Shown: positions 28,880-38,589, counted from the stretch's first letter. The stretch: 64,000 bases of DNA from an uncultured Spirochaetota bacterium (GCA_963768055.1 CAVYGN010000002.1:1408001-1472000); one strand, 5' to 3'. Program-made: numbers and translations. Notes: generated by a model not told the origin, from the sequence alone.

Positions 28880-28926
28880 TTGACATAATTCCGTTCATGC
28901 CTTATTATAAATGATAATGATTATCA
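28880..28926 (+). promoter_or_regulatory. Sigma70 promoter with Fur box for fur-feoAB
   Basis: TTGACA-N17-TATTAT followed by a perfect 7-1-7 TGATAAT-G-ATTATCA at 28912-28926. Confidence 0.88.
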
Positions 28927-28954
28927 CTTATGATTTTAAGGAAAAAGATAAATT

Positions 28955-29383
28955 ATGGATACACAGAATATTTTCGATAAGTACCTGAAAAATAAAGGGA
29001 TCCGCCAGAGCGAACAAAGGCAGAAGATACTGGATGTATTTTTAGATGTTGAAAAACATGTGACTATGGCAGATCTTTACGATCTTGTAAGAAAGCGTGA
29101 TAAGAATATCGGGTATGCAACGGTATACCGCGCCATGAAAGTCATTTGCGACAGCGGTTTAGGTAGGGAGGTCGATTTTGGCGACGGAATCATGCGCTTT
29201 GAACACAGCTACGGGCATAAGCACCATGACCATTTGATATGTATTGAATGCGGCAAGGTCATAGAGGCGATGGACCCGGATATTGAAAAATTACAGGAAA
29301 AACTTGCTTATGAACATGGCTTGACGCCTATCAGCCATAACCTTCAGATATTCGGTATCTGCGGCGATTGCTCCGAACGATGA
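28955..29383 (+). CDS. fur: Ferric uptake regulator
   Basis: QR..IL, ATVYR, HHDHLIC..CG and GIC..C motifs. Confidence 0.95.
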   Translation: MDTQNIFDKYLKNKGIRQSEQRQKILDVFLDVEKHVTMADLYDLVRKRDKNIGYATVYRAMKVICDSGLGREVDFGDGIMRFEHSYGHKHHDHLICIECGKVIEAMDPDIEKLQEKLAYEHGLTPISHNLQIFGICGDCSER

Positions 29384-29408
29384 AATGCCGGGAATTTTAT
29401 TATACATG

Positions 29409-29428
29409 TGATAATGATTATCTTTATC
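29409..29428 (+). promoter_or_regulatory. Second Fur box upstream of feoA
   Basis: GATAATGATTATCTTTATC matches 17/19 of the classical GATAATGATAATCATTATC. Confidence 0.85.
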
Positions 29429-29450
29429 ATTAAATAGGAAGTAAGAAAAT

Positions 29451-29693
29451 ATGGAAAAGAGATTGAATGAGCTCATGCCTGGAGAGGAAGCGGTAATTAT
29501 TAAAATTGAAGAAAAATCTACATTCAGGAAAAGGCTGACGGAAATGGGATTAAGAAAAGGCGGCAAGGTATTGATGCGGCGGGATGCGCCTATGGGGGAC
29601 CCTATGGAGATAAATGTGATGGGATATAATATCAGCCTTCGTAAATCCGAAGCAAGGTTTATAATTATCGATAATGTAAGTAACATAGCATAG
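29451..29693 (+). CDS. feoA: Ferrous iron transport protein A
   Basis: RL.EMGL..G, APMGDP and SLRKSEA motifs. Confidence 0.95.
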   Translation: MEKRLNELMPGEEAVIIKIEEKSTFRKRLTEMGLRKGGKVLMRRDAPMGDPMEINVMGYNISLRKSEARFIIIDNVSNIA

Positions 29694-29706
29694 GGCGGAG
29701 CATGCA

Positions 29707-31830
29707 GTGAAAAAGGCGAGAGTCGCGCTTGTGGGTAATCCGAATTGCGGTAAAACAACCTTGTTTAATTTAATGACCGGTTCGCGTCAGCATGTCGGAA
29801 ACTGGCCGGGAGTAACAGTTGAAAAGAAGGAAGGTTCATTAACATATAACGATTATGAAATTGAATTTATAGATTTACCGGGAACATATAGTTTATCCCC
29901 GAATTCGATCGAAGAAAAAATTACCCGGAGTTTTATTGTAGATGAAAAACCCGATATTGTCCTTAATATCATTGACGGAACTACAATTGAACGAAGTATG
30001 TACCTTACAACTCAAATAATCGATGCCGGGGTTCCGTTCATACTTGCGGTCAATATGTTCGACGAGGTCCTGAACAAGGGGCTTGACATCGATCTCAACA
30101 AAATGGAGATTCTGTTAAAAGCGCCGGTTGTCAGGATAATCGCGTCGAAAGAGGAAGGGGCCGTCCCGCTGCTGAAGCTTATAGTCAATATGCTCAATGA
30201 AAATGAATCGAAAAAAACTTCTATCAATTACGGGGAAGAAATCGAACAGGCGATTACCGATATCGAATGCCGCCTGAAATGCGAGGCCAGGCTCTCCGAA
30301 TTATACGATGCCAGGTGGCTTGCCATCCAGATTTTGCAGCAGGACAGGGATATTATTGAAATCGCGCGAGGGGCCGGCAGGTATGAAGAGTGGCGGGGGA
30401 TTGCCGAAAAATATATAAAAGGATTGAGGGACGTTTATAATGAAAATCCCGACGACATTCTTTCAGAGAAGAGATACGGTTTTATTCTCGGGATTATAAG
30501 AGAATGCGTCCGGGTGAGAAAATCCCCGCTCCGCAAAATAGATATGACAGAGACTATCGACTCGATTCTGCTTAACAAATTTTTAAGTTTCCCGGTCTTT
30601 GCCCTTATTCTCTGGCTGACCTTCCAGTTGACATTCCTTGCCGGAGGATTTTTCAGCGTTCTGATCACCAGAGGCACACTTTTGTTTAACGCCTTTGTTC
30701 ATGAGTTCATGCCGGCAGGAATGCTTAAAGACCTTATTACCGACGGAATCATAAGCGGGGTTGGCTCGGTTCTGGCCTTCCTTCCCCAGATAATTATACT
30801 TTTTTTGATCGTTGCCATCCTTGAAGACTCCGGTTATATGGCTCGTGTCGCTTTTATCATGGACAGGATGATGCACCTTCTTGGAGTTCATGGAAAATCT
30901 TTCATTTCATTGTTTATGGGCGTCGGCTGTAATGTGCCGGGAATAATGGCGGCCAGGACCCTTGAGAATGATGACGACAGGAAAGTGACCGTTCTGATAA
31001 ACCCTTTCATGAGTTGTTCGGCCAGGCTGCCCATATATATCCTTATCGCCGGTATGTTTTTCGGCAAAGCGGCAGGTTCGGTGATTTTTTCACTTTATTT
31101 TCTCGGCATACTTATAGCTATAGTAACTGCGAAATTTTTAAAAATATTTTTCTTCCGGAATAAATCGGTGCCTTTTGTAATGGAATTACCGCCCTATCGT
31201 ATGCCGACTTTGAAATCACTCTTTATCCATATGTGGGAGAGAGCATCACAATTTTTAAGGAAAATGGGAGGCGTTATTCTGGTCGGTTCCATTTTGATCT
31301 GGGTTATGGGGTATTTTCCAAGGACCGTAATATTTTCAAATAAAGTAATGGAAAAGGAAATGATAAGACAAACAATTCCCGAAGGAAGAGAAAATGAAAA
31401 ATTATCGAAAGAAATAAATTTAATAAAATCGTCAGAGCAGATCGAAAACAGCTTTATAGGCACTCTCGGTAAAGCAATCGAGCCTTTTTTTAAACCGCTG
31501 GGCTTCAGCTGGAAGGAAGGTGTTGCCCTGATGACGGGAATCATCGGCAAGGAAATAGTTGTCAGCACTGTTTCGGTACTTTACGAAACCGGGGGAAAAG
31601 ATAACACGACATTAAAGCAGAATATGACCTCGCAAGGTATGACGGGGGTTACCGCTTTGGGTTTCCTGGTTTTCGTTCTGCTTTATATACCCTGCCTCGC
31701 GACTATTGCTGCAGTTTTAAGGGAAACAGGTTCCGTCAAATGGACTTTATTCTCTGTTTTATACGGGATCGGGGTAGGTTACCTTCTCAGTTATTCGGTC
31801 AATACTTTCGGGAAAATGATCATTCATTGA
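29707..31830 (+). CDS. feoB: Ferrous iron transporter B
   Basis: GNPNCGKT, VGNWPGVTVEKK, DLPG, LEDSGYMAR, GCNVP and LYIPC motifs. Confidence 0.98.
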   Translation: MKKARVALVGNPNCGKTTLFNLMTGSRQHVGNWPGVTVEKKEGSLTYNDYEIEFIDLPGTYSLSPNSIEEKITRSFIVDEKPDIVLNIIDGTTIERSMYLTTQIIDAGVPFILAVNMFDEVLNKGLDIDLNKMEILLKAPVVRIIASKEEGAVPLLKLIVNMLNENESKKTSINYGEEIEQAITDIECRLKCEARLSELYDARWLAIQILQQDRDIIEIARGAGRYEEWRGIAEKYIKGLRDVYNENPDDILSEKRYGFILGIIRECVRVRKSPLRKIDMTETIDSILLNKFLSFPVFALILWLTFQLTFLAGGFFSVLITRGTLLFNAFVHEFMPAGMLKDLITDGIISGVGSVLAFLPQIIILFLIVAILEDSGYMARVAFIMDRMMHLLGVHGKSFISLFMGVGCNVPGIMAARTLENDDDRKVTVLINPFMSCSARLPIYILIAGMFFGKAAGSVIFSLYFLGILIAIVTAKFLKIFFFRNKSVPFVMELPPYRMPTLKSLFIHMWERASQFLRKMGGVILVGSILIWVMGYFPRTVIFSNKVMEKEMIRQTIPEGRENEKLSKEINLIKSSEQIENSFIGTLGKAIEPFFKPLGFSWKEGVALMTGIIGKEIVVSTVSVLYETGGKDNTTLKQNMTSQGMTGVTALGFLVFVLLYIPCLATIAAVLRETGSVKWTLFSVLYGIGVGYLLSYSVNTFGKMIIH

Positions 31831-31841
31831 CAGGGGGGAAA

Positions 31842-32003
31842 ATGCTGCAGACTATAATTGCGGGTATTATAATTACGGCTGCCGTTATTCTATCGGTAAT
31901 TTATATTATCAGAAGTATAATAAGGATTAAAAATAAGGATAAGGAATGCGGCTGCTGCGACCAGAAGAAAACAACCGTTTGCAGGGATAACCGTATAAAA
32001 TAA
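31842..32003 (+). CDS. FeoB-associated Cys-rich membrane protein
   Basis: Single TM helix followed by CGCC..C; directly after feoB with an RBS. Confidence 0.8.
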   Translation: MLQTIIAGIIITAAVILSVIYIIRSIIRIKNKDKECGCCDQKKTTVCRDNRIK

Positions 32004-32060
32004 TCCGACTTTGTTGCGAATTAAATCCGCTTCTTGTAAAATATTACCCTGGAGGTAATT

Positions 32061-33044
32061 ATGGCCAGGGTTAATATTACCGTTTCGATAGTGGTCCCGA
32101 TGTATAATGAAACTGAAAATATTGATAGATTTTATAAAACCGTCACAAGGGTTCTCGAGTCGTCAAAAGAGAGTTTTGAAATAATATGCGTTAACGACGG
32201 CAGCACTGATGATACACTGGAGCGTCTTCTAGACCTGCGCAGGCAGGACAAAAGGGTTAAAATAGTCGATTTTTCCAGGAATTTCGGAAAGGAGATCGCT
32301 CTTTCCGCAGGTTTGGATTTTACAGCAGGCAGGGCCGTCATACCGATTGACGCCGATCTGCAAGACCCCCCTGAATTGATCCCGGATCTTATATTAAAGT
32401 GGAAGGAGGGATTTGATGTAGTAACTGCCAGGAGGATCAAACGCAAGGGGGAAACCTGGCTTAAGAGGGGTACAGCGGCTCTTTTTTATAAAATTTTCAA
32501 ATCTTTTACATCATTCGATATTGAGGAGAACACAGGCGATTTCAGGCTTCTTGACAGGAAAGTGGTAGACGCCTTGAAAGAGTTGAAGGAACACCATCGC
32601 TATATGAAGGGGCTTTTCTTCTGGGTGGGTTTCAGGCAATGCTCCATTGGTTTTGAGAGGGATGCCCGGTTTGCGGGCAAAAGTAAATTGAGTTACTCTA
32701 AATTGATCAGTCTCGCAGTGGAAGGATTAACCTCCTTCAGTCATATTCCGCTAAGGGCAGCCAGTTATCTTGGAATAATAATATCGTTTTTTTCTTTTTG
32801 TTATGCGGCTTTTGTCATAATAAAAAAAATCGTTTCGGGCGATCCTGTCCAGGGCTATGCTTCTATGACCGCGATAATTTTATTTCTCGGGGGAATCCAG
32901 CTTTTGACTATCGGCATAATTGGGGAATACATCGGAAGGATTTATAACGAGACCAAAAGAAGGCCTCTCTACATCGTAAGGGAAAAATACGGTTTCGGTT
33001 CCGGCGTACGGAGGATGCATGAGCTTAAAAAAGATCCTGAATAG
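32061..33044 (+). CDS. GT2 glycosyltransferase (GtrB/bactoprenol glucosyltransferase-like)
   Basis: VVPMYNE, VNDGSTD, SRNFGKE and IDADLQDPP motifs; two C-terminal TMs; GEYIGRIY.E.K.RP. Confidence 0.92.
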   Translation: MARVNITVSIVVPMYNETENIDRFYKTVTRVLESSKESFEIICVNDGSTDDTLERLLDLRRQDKRVKIVDFSRNFGKEIALSAGLDFTAGRAVIPIDADLQDPPELIPDLILKWKEGFDVVTARRIKRKGETWLKRGTAALFYKIFKSFTSFDIEENTGDFRLLDRKVVDALKELKEHHRYMKGLFFWVGFRQCSIGFERDARFAGKSKLSYSKLISLAVEGLTSFSHIPLRAASYLGIIISFFSFCYAAFVIIKKIVSGDPVQGYASMTAIILFLGGIQLLTIGIIGEYIGRIYNETKRRPLYIVREKYGFGSGVRRMHELKKDPE

Positions 33045-33477
33045 GACAAATATCGCTCAGTTTATTAAATTCGGGCTTGTCGGGGTCCTCAACACACTTG
33101 TCGGATTCGGGTCATTTTTGATATTTAACCTCCTGTTTAATATTCAATACGTTATCGCTAACGTTCTCAGTTATATTCCCGGCCTCGCGAACAGTTTTAT
33201 CTGGAATAAATTCTGGACATTTAAAAGCAGCGGAAACAGGAATCTTGAGGCTGTACTCTTCCTTGCGGTATTCGTTCCCTGCTTCCTGGCCCAGAACGCC
33301 GTGCTTATTTTTTTAAAGGAGATCGCTAAACTAAACGTTGTCGTTTCACAGGTAATTTCAATGTTAATTTATACCGTGCTGGGTTTTATACTTAACAAGA
33401 CCATTACTTTTAATAAAAAAATCGTCGGGAAGGGTAATGGAAATTCACAAAGAGGCACGGAGACAAGAAGAAACTAA
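33019..33477 (+). CDS. GtrA-family flippase-like protein
   Basis: QFIKFGLVGVLNT, NSFIWNKFWTF and F.LNK..TF motifs; 4 TMs. Confidence 0.9.
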   Translation: MSLKKILNRTNIAQFIKFGLVGVLNTLVGFGSFLIFNLLFNIQYVIANVLSYIPGLANSFIWNKFWTFKSSGNRNLEAVLFLAVFVPCFLAQNAVLIFLKEIAKLNVVVSQVISMLIYTVLGFILNKTITFNKKIVGKGNGNSQRGTETRRN

Positions 33478-33723
33478 AAGTACGGATTCTTTTCGTCCAA
33501 CCCCGTTTCTGCGCCCTTTGCGCCTTCTTTGAGGTGAATTACACCGTTAGCAGCGCTATCATCTAAAAAATGAATTAACAATTTTGCTTCCCGAATTTTT
33601 TACCGATCTCCGTTGCTCTGTTTCTCGTGTGAAAATTCGTTCCGGATCCATCGCGTTCTTTATTCCTTTACTTTGAATAAATCTCCATGTTATAATCATT
33701 TAATTCGGGCAAGGAGGGGCGGA

Positions 33724-34185
33724 ATGGAAGAAAAAATCGGGAAGCCTGTAAAATTCCCTGAATTGATTAAACTTGAGACGATAGAGGGGGAATGGGTTTC
33801 AGCCGGGGCTGAGGGTAAAACAAGGGAGCATTTCAGGAAGGCTTGCGACGGCTTTTGCTATCTGACGGATATCGAATCGGAAACACCCGCAGGCCTTATG
33901 AAAGGCCATGGAATAGTTTTCTACGACCAGGCGATCAAAAAATTCAGGATGGAATGGTATGATAATTTCACCAATTACATTACAGGCGAAGGAAAGTTTA
34001 CAGAAGAAGGAACTTTTATAATGATAGAAAAATACAGCAGGGATGGCCGCGCTTATCTGGAAAGGCATACTGACAAAGTTATCGACGGCGCCAGAAAACT
34101 TCATACCGTGGAAAATTTTATCAACGGGGAGTTCAAAAAGCTGAGCGAAATGTCATTTGACAGGGTTGGCCCTGCTAAGGGTTGA
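33724..34185 (+). CDS. Hypothetical beta-barrel protein, DUF1579-like
   Basis: GEW...G.G...YD...KKF...W.DN pattern; RBS AAGGAGG before ATG 33724. Confidence 0.5.
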   Translation: MEEKIGKPVKFPELIKLETIEGEWVSAGAEGKTREHFRKACDGFCYLTDIESETPAGLMKGHGIVFYDQAIKKFRMEWYDNFTNYITGEGKFTEEGTFIMIEKYSRDGRAYLERHTDKVIDGARKLHTVENFINGEFKKLSEMSFDRVGPAKG

Positions 34186-35635
34186 CGCCAAGAACAACCT
34201 TTAATTTAATTCCCTCTCCCTGCGGGAGCGTTACGTAACCTCCGGAAGCATTGAAATTGGTCCAGGGCTTGCCGTCGATCTTGGCGCTTTTAATAACAAC
34301 GCCGGGATCTTCCAGGATTTTGACATAATGTTTTTCACCTGCATCGGAGTCGAGTTTAAAGTAAAGCTCCGCTGTGGATTTATTTACATAAAGGCTGGTG
34401 TAAAGATAATTGAAAAGCGCCTGTTCCATTGTATGATATGCGGATTTATAAAGGTTCCCCTTGTATTCATCAATAATTCCCCCGGTTTGACTTACAGTCG
34501 GATAAACTTCCCCGTAACGATGGTCTACCTGGTATGTATCCCAAAAATAAGAACATTCCCTGAAATATTCCAGATATTCAGGTTTGCCTGTAAACCGGAA
34601 GAGGTTAAGCATAAGCACATTTCCCTCTTCCTGGGTCCACCAGTCCTTAACGGTTTTCCTGAACCCCGGATTTTTTCCCTGGAACTGGAAGAACCAGCCG
34701 TAATTTTCCTTGTCCCAGTTATTTTTTATCTGGTAGGAGGCGATAAGGAGGGCCGCATCGGAATATTTTTTTTCTCCGGTGAGCCAGTATGTACGCATCA
34801 GTACCCAGGATGTTTTGAGGTTATGGCCCACCCAGAGCCATGGATCGGTTGAATTCCAGTTCCCGTCATAGTATTCGCCCACATACCCGGCTTCCGGATC
34901 TACCATGCGCGCTATGACTATATCTGCGATTTGCTTGAGGTCTTTTAGAATAGCCGGGTCTTTTTTTACAAGATAGTAATAAATGAGGTATGCCGAACAG
35001 GTGTCAATTTCCGCGTTAAATGATTTTTCAGTTGTTATAACGCTCCAGTCGCTTCCGACCTTAGCGTAGTATCCGCCTTTTTCACTGTCCCAGGCTTTCG
35101 TCTGCATCAAAGCGTGGGTTTTTTCTACGAACTGCAGGGCGTTTTTATCATGAGTTGTAAAATAGTAGATCACGGGGCCAAGATTACCATAAGTTTCGTC
35201 AAAAAGATTTTTTGAAGAAATTTTAGGCGTTTTATCGGAATTTATATACTCGTACCATCCCCCGTTAACCCTGTCCCATCCATAGTTGGTCAGATATTCC
35301 AGGCCATGCCGGGCTAATTTCAGGTATTTATCGTCGCCGGATAACAGATACGCGGCTGAAAACCCGAAGACAGCCCTTGAAAGCATCCGCGGATATTTGC
35401 CTTTTTCCGACCCGATAGAGCCGTCCCTGCCCACATCCGTAAAAAACCCGCCGTTATCCCAGTCGGCCGTTTTTTCCCAGAATGGAATTATTTCGGTAAG
35501 AGCCTGTTTTTTCCAGAAGCCGGGATCCTGATAAACGTTCAGATCCGATTTCTGTTTTAGATCCTCGCTGTATGAAAAGAGGAAAGAGAAAAGCACGATT
35601 ATTATAAAAAGCGCTTTAATATAGTTTTTAATCAT
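34175..35635 (-). CDS. AGE/cellobiose 2-epimerase superfamily protein with signal peptide
   Basis: IIPFW...D..NGGF, SRAVFGFS.AY, WD..GG, GHNLK, KDWW.Q.E and YH motifs; N-terminal hydrophobic signal. Confidence 0.82.
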   Translation of the reverse strand: MIKNYIKALFIIIVLFSFLFSYSEDLKQKSDLNVYQDPGFWKKQALTEIIPFWEKTADWDNGGFFTDVGRDGSIGSEKGKYPRMLSRAVFGFSAAYLLSGDDKYLKLARHGLEYLTNYGWDRVNGGWYEYINSDKTPKISSKNLFDETYGNLGPVIYYFTTHDKNALQFVEKTHALMQTKAWDSEKGGYYAKVGSDWSVITTEKSFNAEIDTCSAYLIYYYLVKKDPAILKDLKQIADIVIARMVDPEAGYVGEYYDGNWNSTDPWLWVGHNLKTSWVLMRTYWLTGEKKYSDAALLIASYQIKNNWDKENYGWFFQFQGKNPGFRKTVKDWWTQEEGNVLMLNLFRFTGKPEYLEYFRECSYFWDTYQVDHRYGEVYPTVSQTGGIIDEYKGNLYKSAYHTMEQALFNYLYTSLYVNKSTAELYFKLDSDAGEKHYVKILEDPGVVIKSAKIDGKPWTNFNASGGYVTLPQGEGIKLKVVLGVNP

Positions 35636-35701
35636 TTATAATCTCCCAAATAAATATAATTCAATCAAATTTGATATATCTAAAATGAATTTTCATGGGT
35701 T

Positions 35702-36268
35702 TTATTCAAGGTGAAATTTTAAAGTCAGAAGCATGCACACCGCTCTGGCTGCTCCCCCAATTTTTGCCGGTCTGAACCTTGCCGACGATACAGCTTCTAA
35801 AGCAGATTTCGACAGTAAATCGCTGGGCGATTTCTGGATTTCGACTTTTTTTACATTTCCAAGCTCATCGATGTACAGCATTACAAGTACTTTGCCTTCG
35901 ATGCCGGTCCTTCGAGCCTCTTCGGGATATTTCGGACTGATCGGAGATAGCGGTATAGGGAGTTCTTCGACCTGATAACTTGGGACATAACCGCTTAAAT
36001 CCAACGGGCTGCCGCCGCCGGTATCTTCATTATCCTCTTTTTGAAGCTCCTGAAAGTTTGTGTTGATAACCGGCTTCATCTTTTTATTAGCCGCCTCGCC
36101 CATGACAAAAGGTTTGGGAGTCTTCATATCTATCGAGTGTTTTTCATCGTTAAGCTGAACATAGGTATCGTTAGTCATTATGAAACCTGCCTGGAATCTT
36201 AACATTAACAAAAACAGAACAAGCAAGTGAAGAACGGCGGATATACCTACGAAACGCAGCATTTTCAT
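35702..36268 (-). CDS. tonB: Energy transducer TonB
   Basis: S..LH TM motif; C-terminal PKYPEEARR.GIEG.V...A..AV...RF.PA. Confidence 0.9.
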   Translation of the reverse strand: MKMLRFVGISAVLHLLVLFLLMLRFQAGFIMTNDTYVQLNDEKHSIDMKTPKPFVMGEAANKKMKPVINTNFQELQKEDNEDTGGGSPLDLSGYVPSYQVEELPIPLSPISPKYPEEARRTGIEGKVLVMLYIDELGNVKKVEIQKSPSDLLSKSALEAVSSARFRPAKIGGAARAVCMLLTLKFHLE

Positions 36269-36281
36269 AATTCTCCCCCGG

Positions 36282-36704
36282 CTATCTTTTTATTTCAGTC
36301 CCGAGCAGGATCTTCTTTATACCTATTTCCTTTATGGCATCTATTATGCCGATGATTGTACTGTACCGGCAGTTTTTATCGCCGTTTATGACAACCGCGG
36401 AATTTTCGCTGTTTCCCACTGTATTCAGGATCTTCGTTTTAATCTTTTCAGCATCGGCCGGCATGCTGTATTCCACGTCGTCAATAAATATTGCCCCCTG
36501 TTCTGTCACCTGGACAGTCATCCTCATAGGCTTGTCCTCGGTCTTCGTGCTCTTTGTTTCCGGCAGGTTGATTTTTATCTTCCCCTGGTATATCAGGGGC
36601 GTGGCGATAATAAATATGATCAAAAGAACCAATACTACGTCGGTAAAAGGCGTAATATTGATATCGGTCATCAATTTCCTTTTTTCTGATCTCTTTTTTA
36701 TCAT
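36282..36704 (-). CDS. exbD: ExbD/TolR biopolymer transport protein
   Basis: INITPFTDVVLVLLIIF, INLP and GD...Y motifs. Confidence 0.9.
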   Translation of the reverse strand: MIKKRSEKRKLMTDINITPFTDVVLVLLIIFIIATPLIYQGKIKINLPETKSTKTEDKPMRMTVQVTEQGAIFIDDVEYSMPADAEKIKTKILNTVGNSENSAVVINGDKNCRYSTIIGIIDAIKEIGIKKILLGTEIKR

Positions 36705-36707
36705 AGT

Positions 36708-37334
36708 TTATTTCCTTAATAAATCGAGGGTCTCGGAAGCGCAGATCTCCATATCCGTAGCGATATTGCCTATATTGTTCATCAAAGTGTTATAAGCGAT
36801 GACTGTCGGAACCGCTACAAGAATACCTGTGGCTGTTGTAATGAGGGCTTCTGCAATACCCGCTACTACCCCGGCTATGCCCGTCCCGCTGCCTGCTGAA
36901 AGAGCAATGTCCTGGAATGCCCTTATAATGCCGATAACCGTACCGAACAGGCCGATATATACTACAGTGCTCCCTATGGAACCAAGTATGCCCGTGAATC
37001 TTTCAAGTTCTTTAACTTCAATGCTGATCTGCCTGTCCATCGCGTTAGTTATTTTTTCTTCGTTCTTTCCGTTAAGAAGAAGCCCTGATTGAACCACCTT
37101 GGCTAAGGGAGAAATTACTGTCCCTGAATAGGCTATCGCACCCTGCAGGCTGTTATTTTCGATATAACTTCGTATCTTTTCCATGAAGACCGGCCTTTTC
37201 ACTCTGGTTTTGCTCCTGAGATGAAATACCCTTTCAAGTATGAATGAAAGAGATATTATCGAGCAGATCAGAAGAACGGTCATTGTAAATCCGCCCATCT
37301 GTAGAATATCCCAGATCGATTTTCCGACAAACAT
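36708..37334 (-). CDS. exbB: ExbB/TolQ proton channel
   Basis: IGLFGTVIGII.AF and GIAEALITTATG..VAVP motifs. Confidence 0.9.
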   Translation of the reverse strand: MFVGKSIWDILQMGGFTMTVLLICSIISLSFILERVFHLRSKTRVKRPVFMEKIRSYIENNSLQGAIAYSGTVISPLAKVVQSGLLLNGKNEEKITNAMDRQISIEVKELERFTGILGSIGSTVVYIGLFGTVIGIIRAFQDIALSAGSGTGIAGVVAGIAEALITTATGILVAVPTVIAYNTLMNNIGNIATDMEICASETLDLLRK

Positions 37335-37367
37335 TTGTTCCTCCTGATAAATTAACTGAAAATATAT

Positions 37368-37383
37368 TGCAATTAATATGCCA
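37368..37383 (-). promoter_or_regulatory. Sigma54 (-24/-12) promoter for exbB-exbD-tonB
   Basis: Minus strand TGGCAT-ATTAA-TTGCA (GG-N10-GC), ending 34 nt before the exbB ATG. Confidence 0.75.
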
Positions 37384-37505
37384 TTTTAGATAATATAACA
37401 CCGCATACTTTTAAATCTGTCACTTTAATATGAAATTATAACGAAAATTCAAGATAAAAACAAAAAATTAGACTCAATCATGGCAATTGTTTTTCACCGG
37501 CGGTT

Positions 37506-37548
37506 CACAAGCGCCCTTCGGGCCCTGAGGGCCCTAACGGGCACAAGC
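37506..37548. repeat. Three tandem GCCC-N3/4-GGGC mini-hairpins between CACAAGC direct repeats
   Basis: CACAAGC-GCCCTTCGGGCCCTGAGGGCCCTAACGGG-CACAAGC. Confidence 0.7.
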
Positions 37549-37693
37549 AAACGCTCGCTTCATAATGATCTCTAATTGATAGCCTTTTTTTAATAATTGA
37601 TAATAAAAATTGCTTAATTCCGATAAGAATATTATTTTTAATATAAAAACGGATGATTTTTCGTTCATAATTAAAAGAAAATCCTGTTGAACT

Positions 37694-37719
37694 TTAAGAT
37701 TTTCCTTCATTACCGATAA
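37694..37719 (+). promoter_or_regulatory. Sigma28-like promoter for motAB
   Basis: TTAA-N14-ACCGATAA (spacer one base short of consensus) upstream of motA; a second TCCGATAA lies at 37619. Confidence 0.55.
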
Positions 37720-37755
37720 TATTATTATTACTTAAAACTTTATTGGAGGGAATAA

Positions 37756-38583
37756 GTGGGTATCGGTAGAAAGGGCCGCGATCTGGCCACGATCATAGGT
37801 ATACCGTTCGGTTTCGGAATGCTTCTGATAGCATATGTAATAGAAGGGGGTAACTTAGGCGCTCTGGTATCCAGCGTTTCGCCCTTCCTGATAGTTGTCG
37901 GCGGCACGATAGGAGCGACTATGGTGTCTTTCAAGATGGAAGACATATTCAATATCCCGAAGCTGATTGCCCAGGCCATGAGCGAAAAAGTTGTTCCTAC
38001 CAAAGATCTTCTGGAAATGTTTATTACCTTCTCGGAAAAATCGAGAAGAGAGGGCATATTGAGCCTTGAAAACGATATCGAGGATTTGACCAGCATCGAC
38101 CCGCTTATGTTCAAGGGTATGAAGCTTATAATAGACGGAACGGACCCCGAGGTTGTCAAGCATACTATCTCTAACGATATTTTCCTGTACGAACTGAAAA
38201 GAAGGCACGAAGCGAGCATATTCGAACAGGCGGGGGGGTTTTCACCGACTATGGGGATCGTCGGCACAGTTCTGGGCCTTGTAAACGTTCTGGGCAGGCT
38301 TTCTTCGCCGGAAGCCCTTGGCCCTGCCATAGCCCTCGCTTTCCTTGCGACCCTTTACGGTATCAGTTTTGCGAACCTGTTCTGGCTTCCCATAGCTAAC
38401 AAGATAAAGCTTAATTGCGCAAGTACCAAGCTCCAGAAGGAGCTTGTGCTGGAAGCCATGATAAGCATACAGCAGGGCGAGAACCCCAGCATCATGAAAG
38501 ACAAGCTCGAAGATTACCTCAACGAAAAAGAGAAGCAGAAACTTAAACAGCAGGAAAGCCCGACGGGCGAAAGGGAAAGGTAA
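37756..38583 (+). CDS. motA: Flagellar stator MotA
   Basis: DLATIIG, IVVGGT.GA, SRREGILSLE, PTMGIVGTVLGL and ATLYG..ANL..LP motifs. Confidence 0.95.
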   Translation: MGIGRKGRDLATIIGIPFGFGMLLIAYVIEGGNLGALVSSVSPFLIVVGGTIGATMVSFKMEDIFNIPKLIAQAMSEKVVPTKDLLEMFITFSEKSRREGILSLENDIEDLTSIDPLMFKGMKLIIDGTDPEVVKHTISNDIFLYELKRRHEASIFEQAGGFSPTMGIVGTVLGLVNVLGRLSSPEALGPAIALAFLATLYGISFANLFWLPIANKIKLNCASTKLQKELVLEAMISIQQGENPSIMKDKLEDYLNEKEKQKLKQQESPTGERER

Positions 38584-38589
38584 GGTCGT

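Noticed and set aside
37480..37496. Plus-strand sigma54 promoter (TGGCAATTGTTTTTCA) for motAB
   Set aside because: The -12 GC is absent (TC instead).
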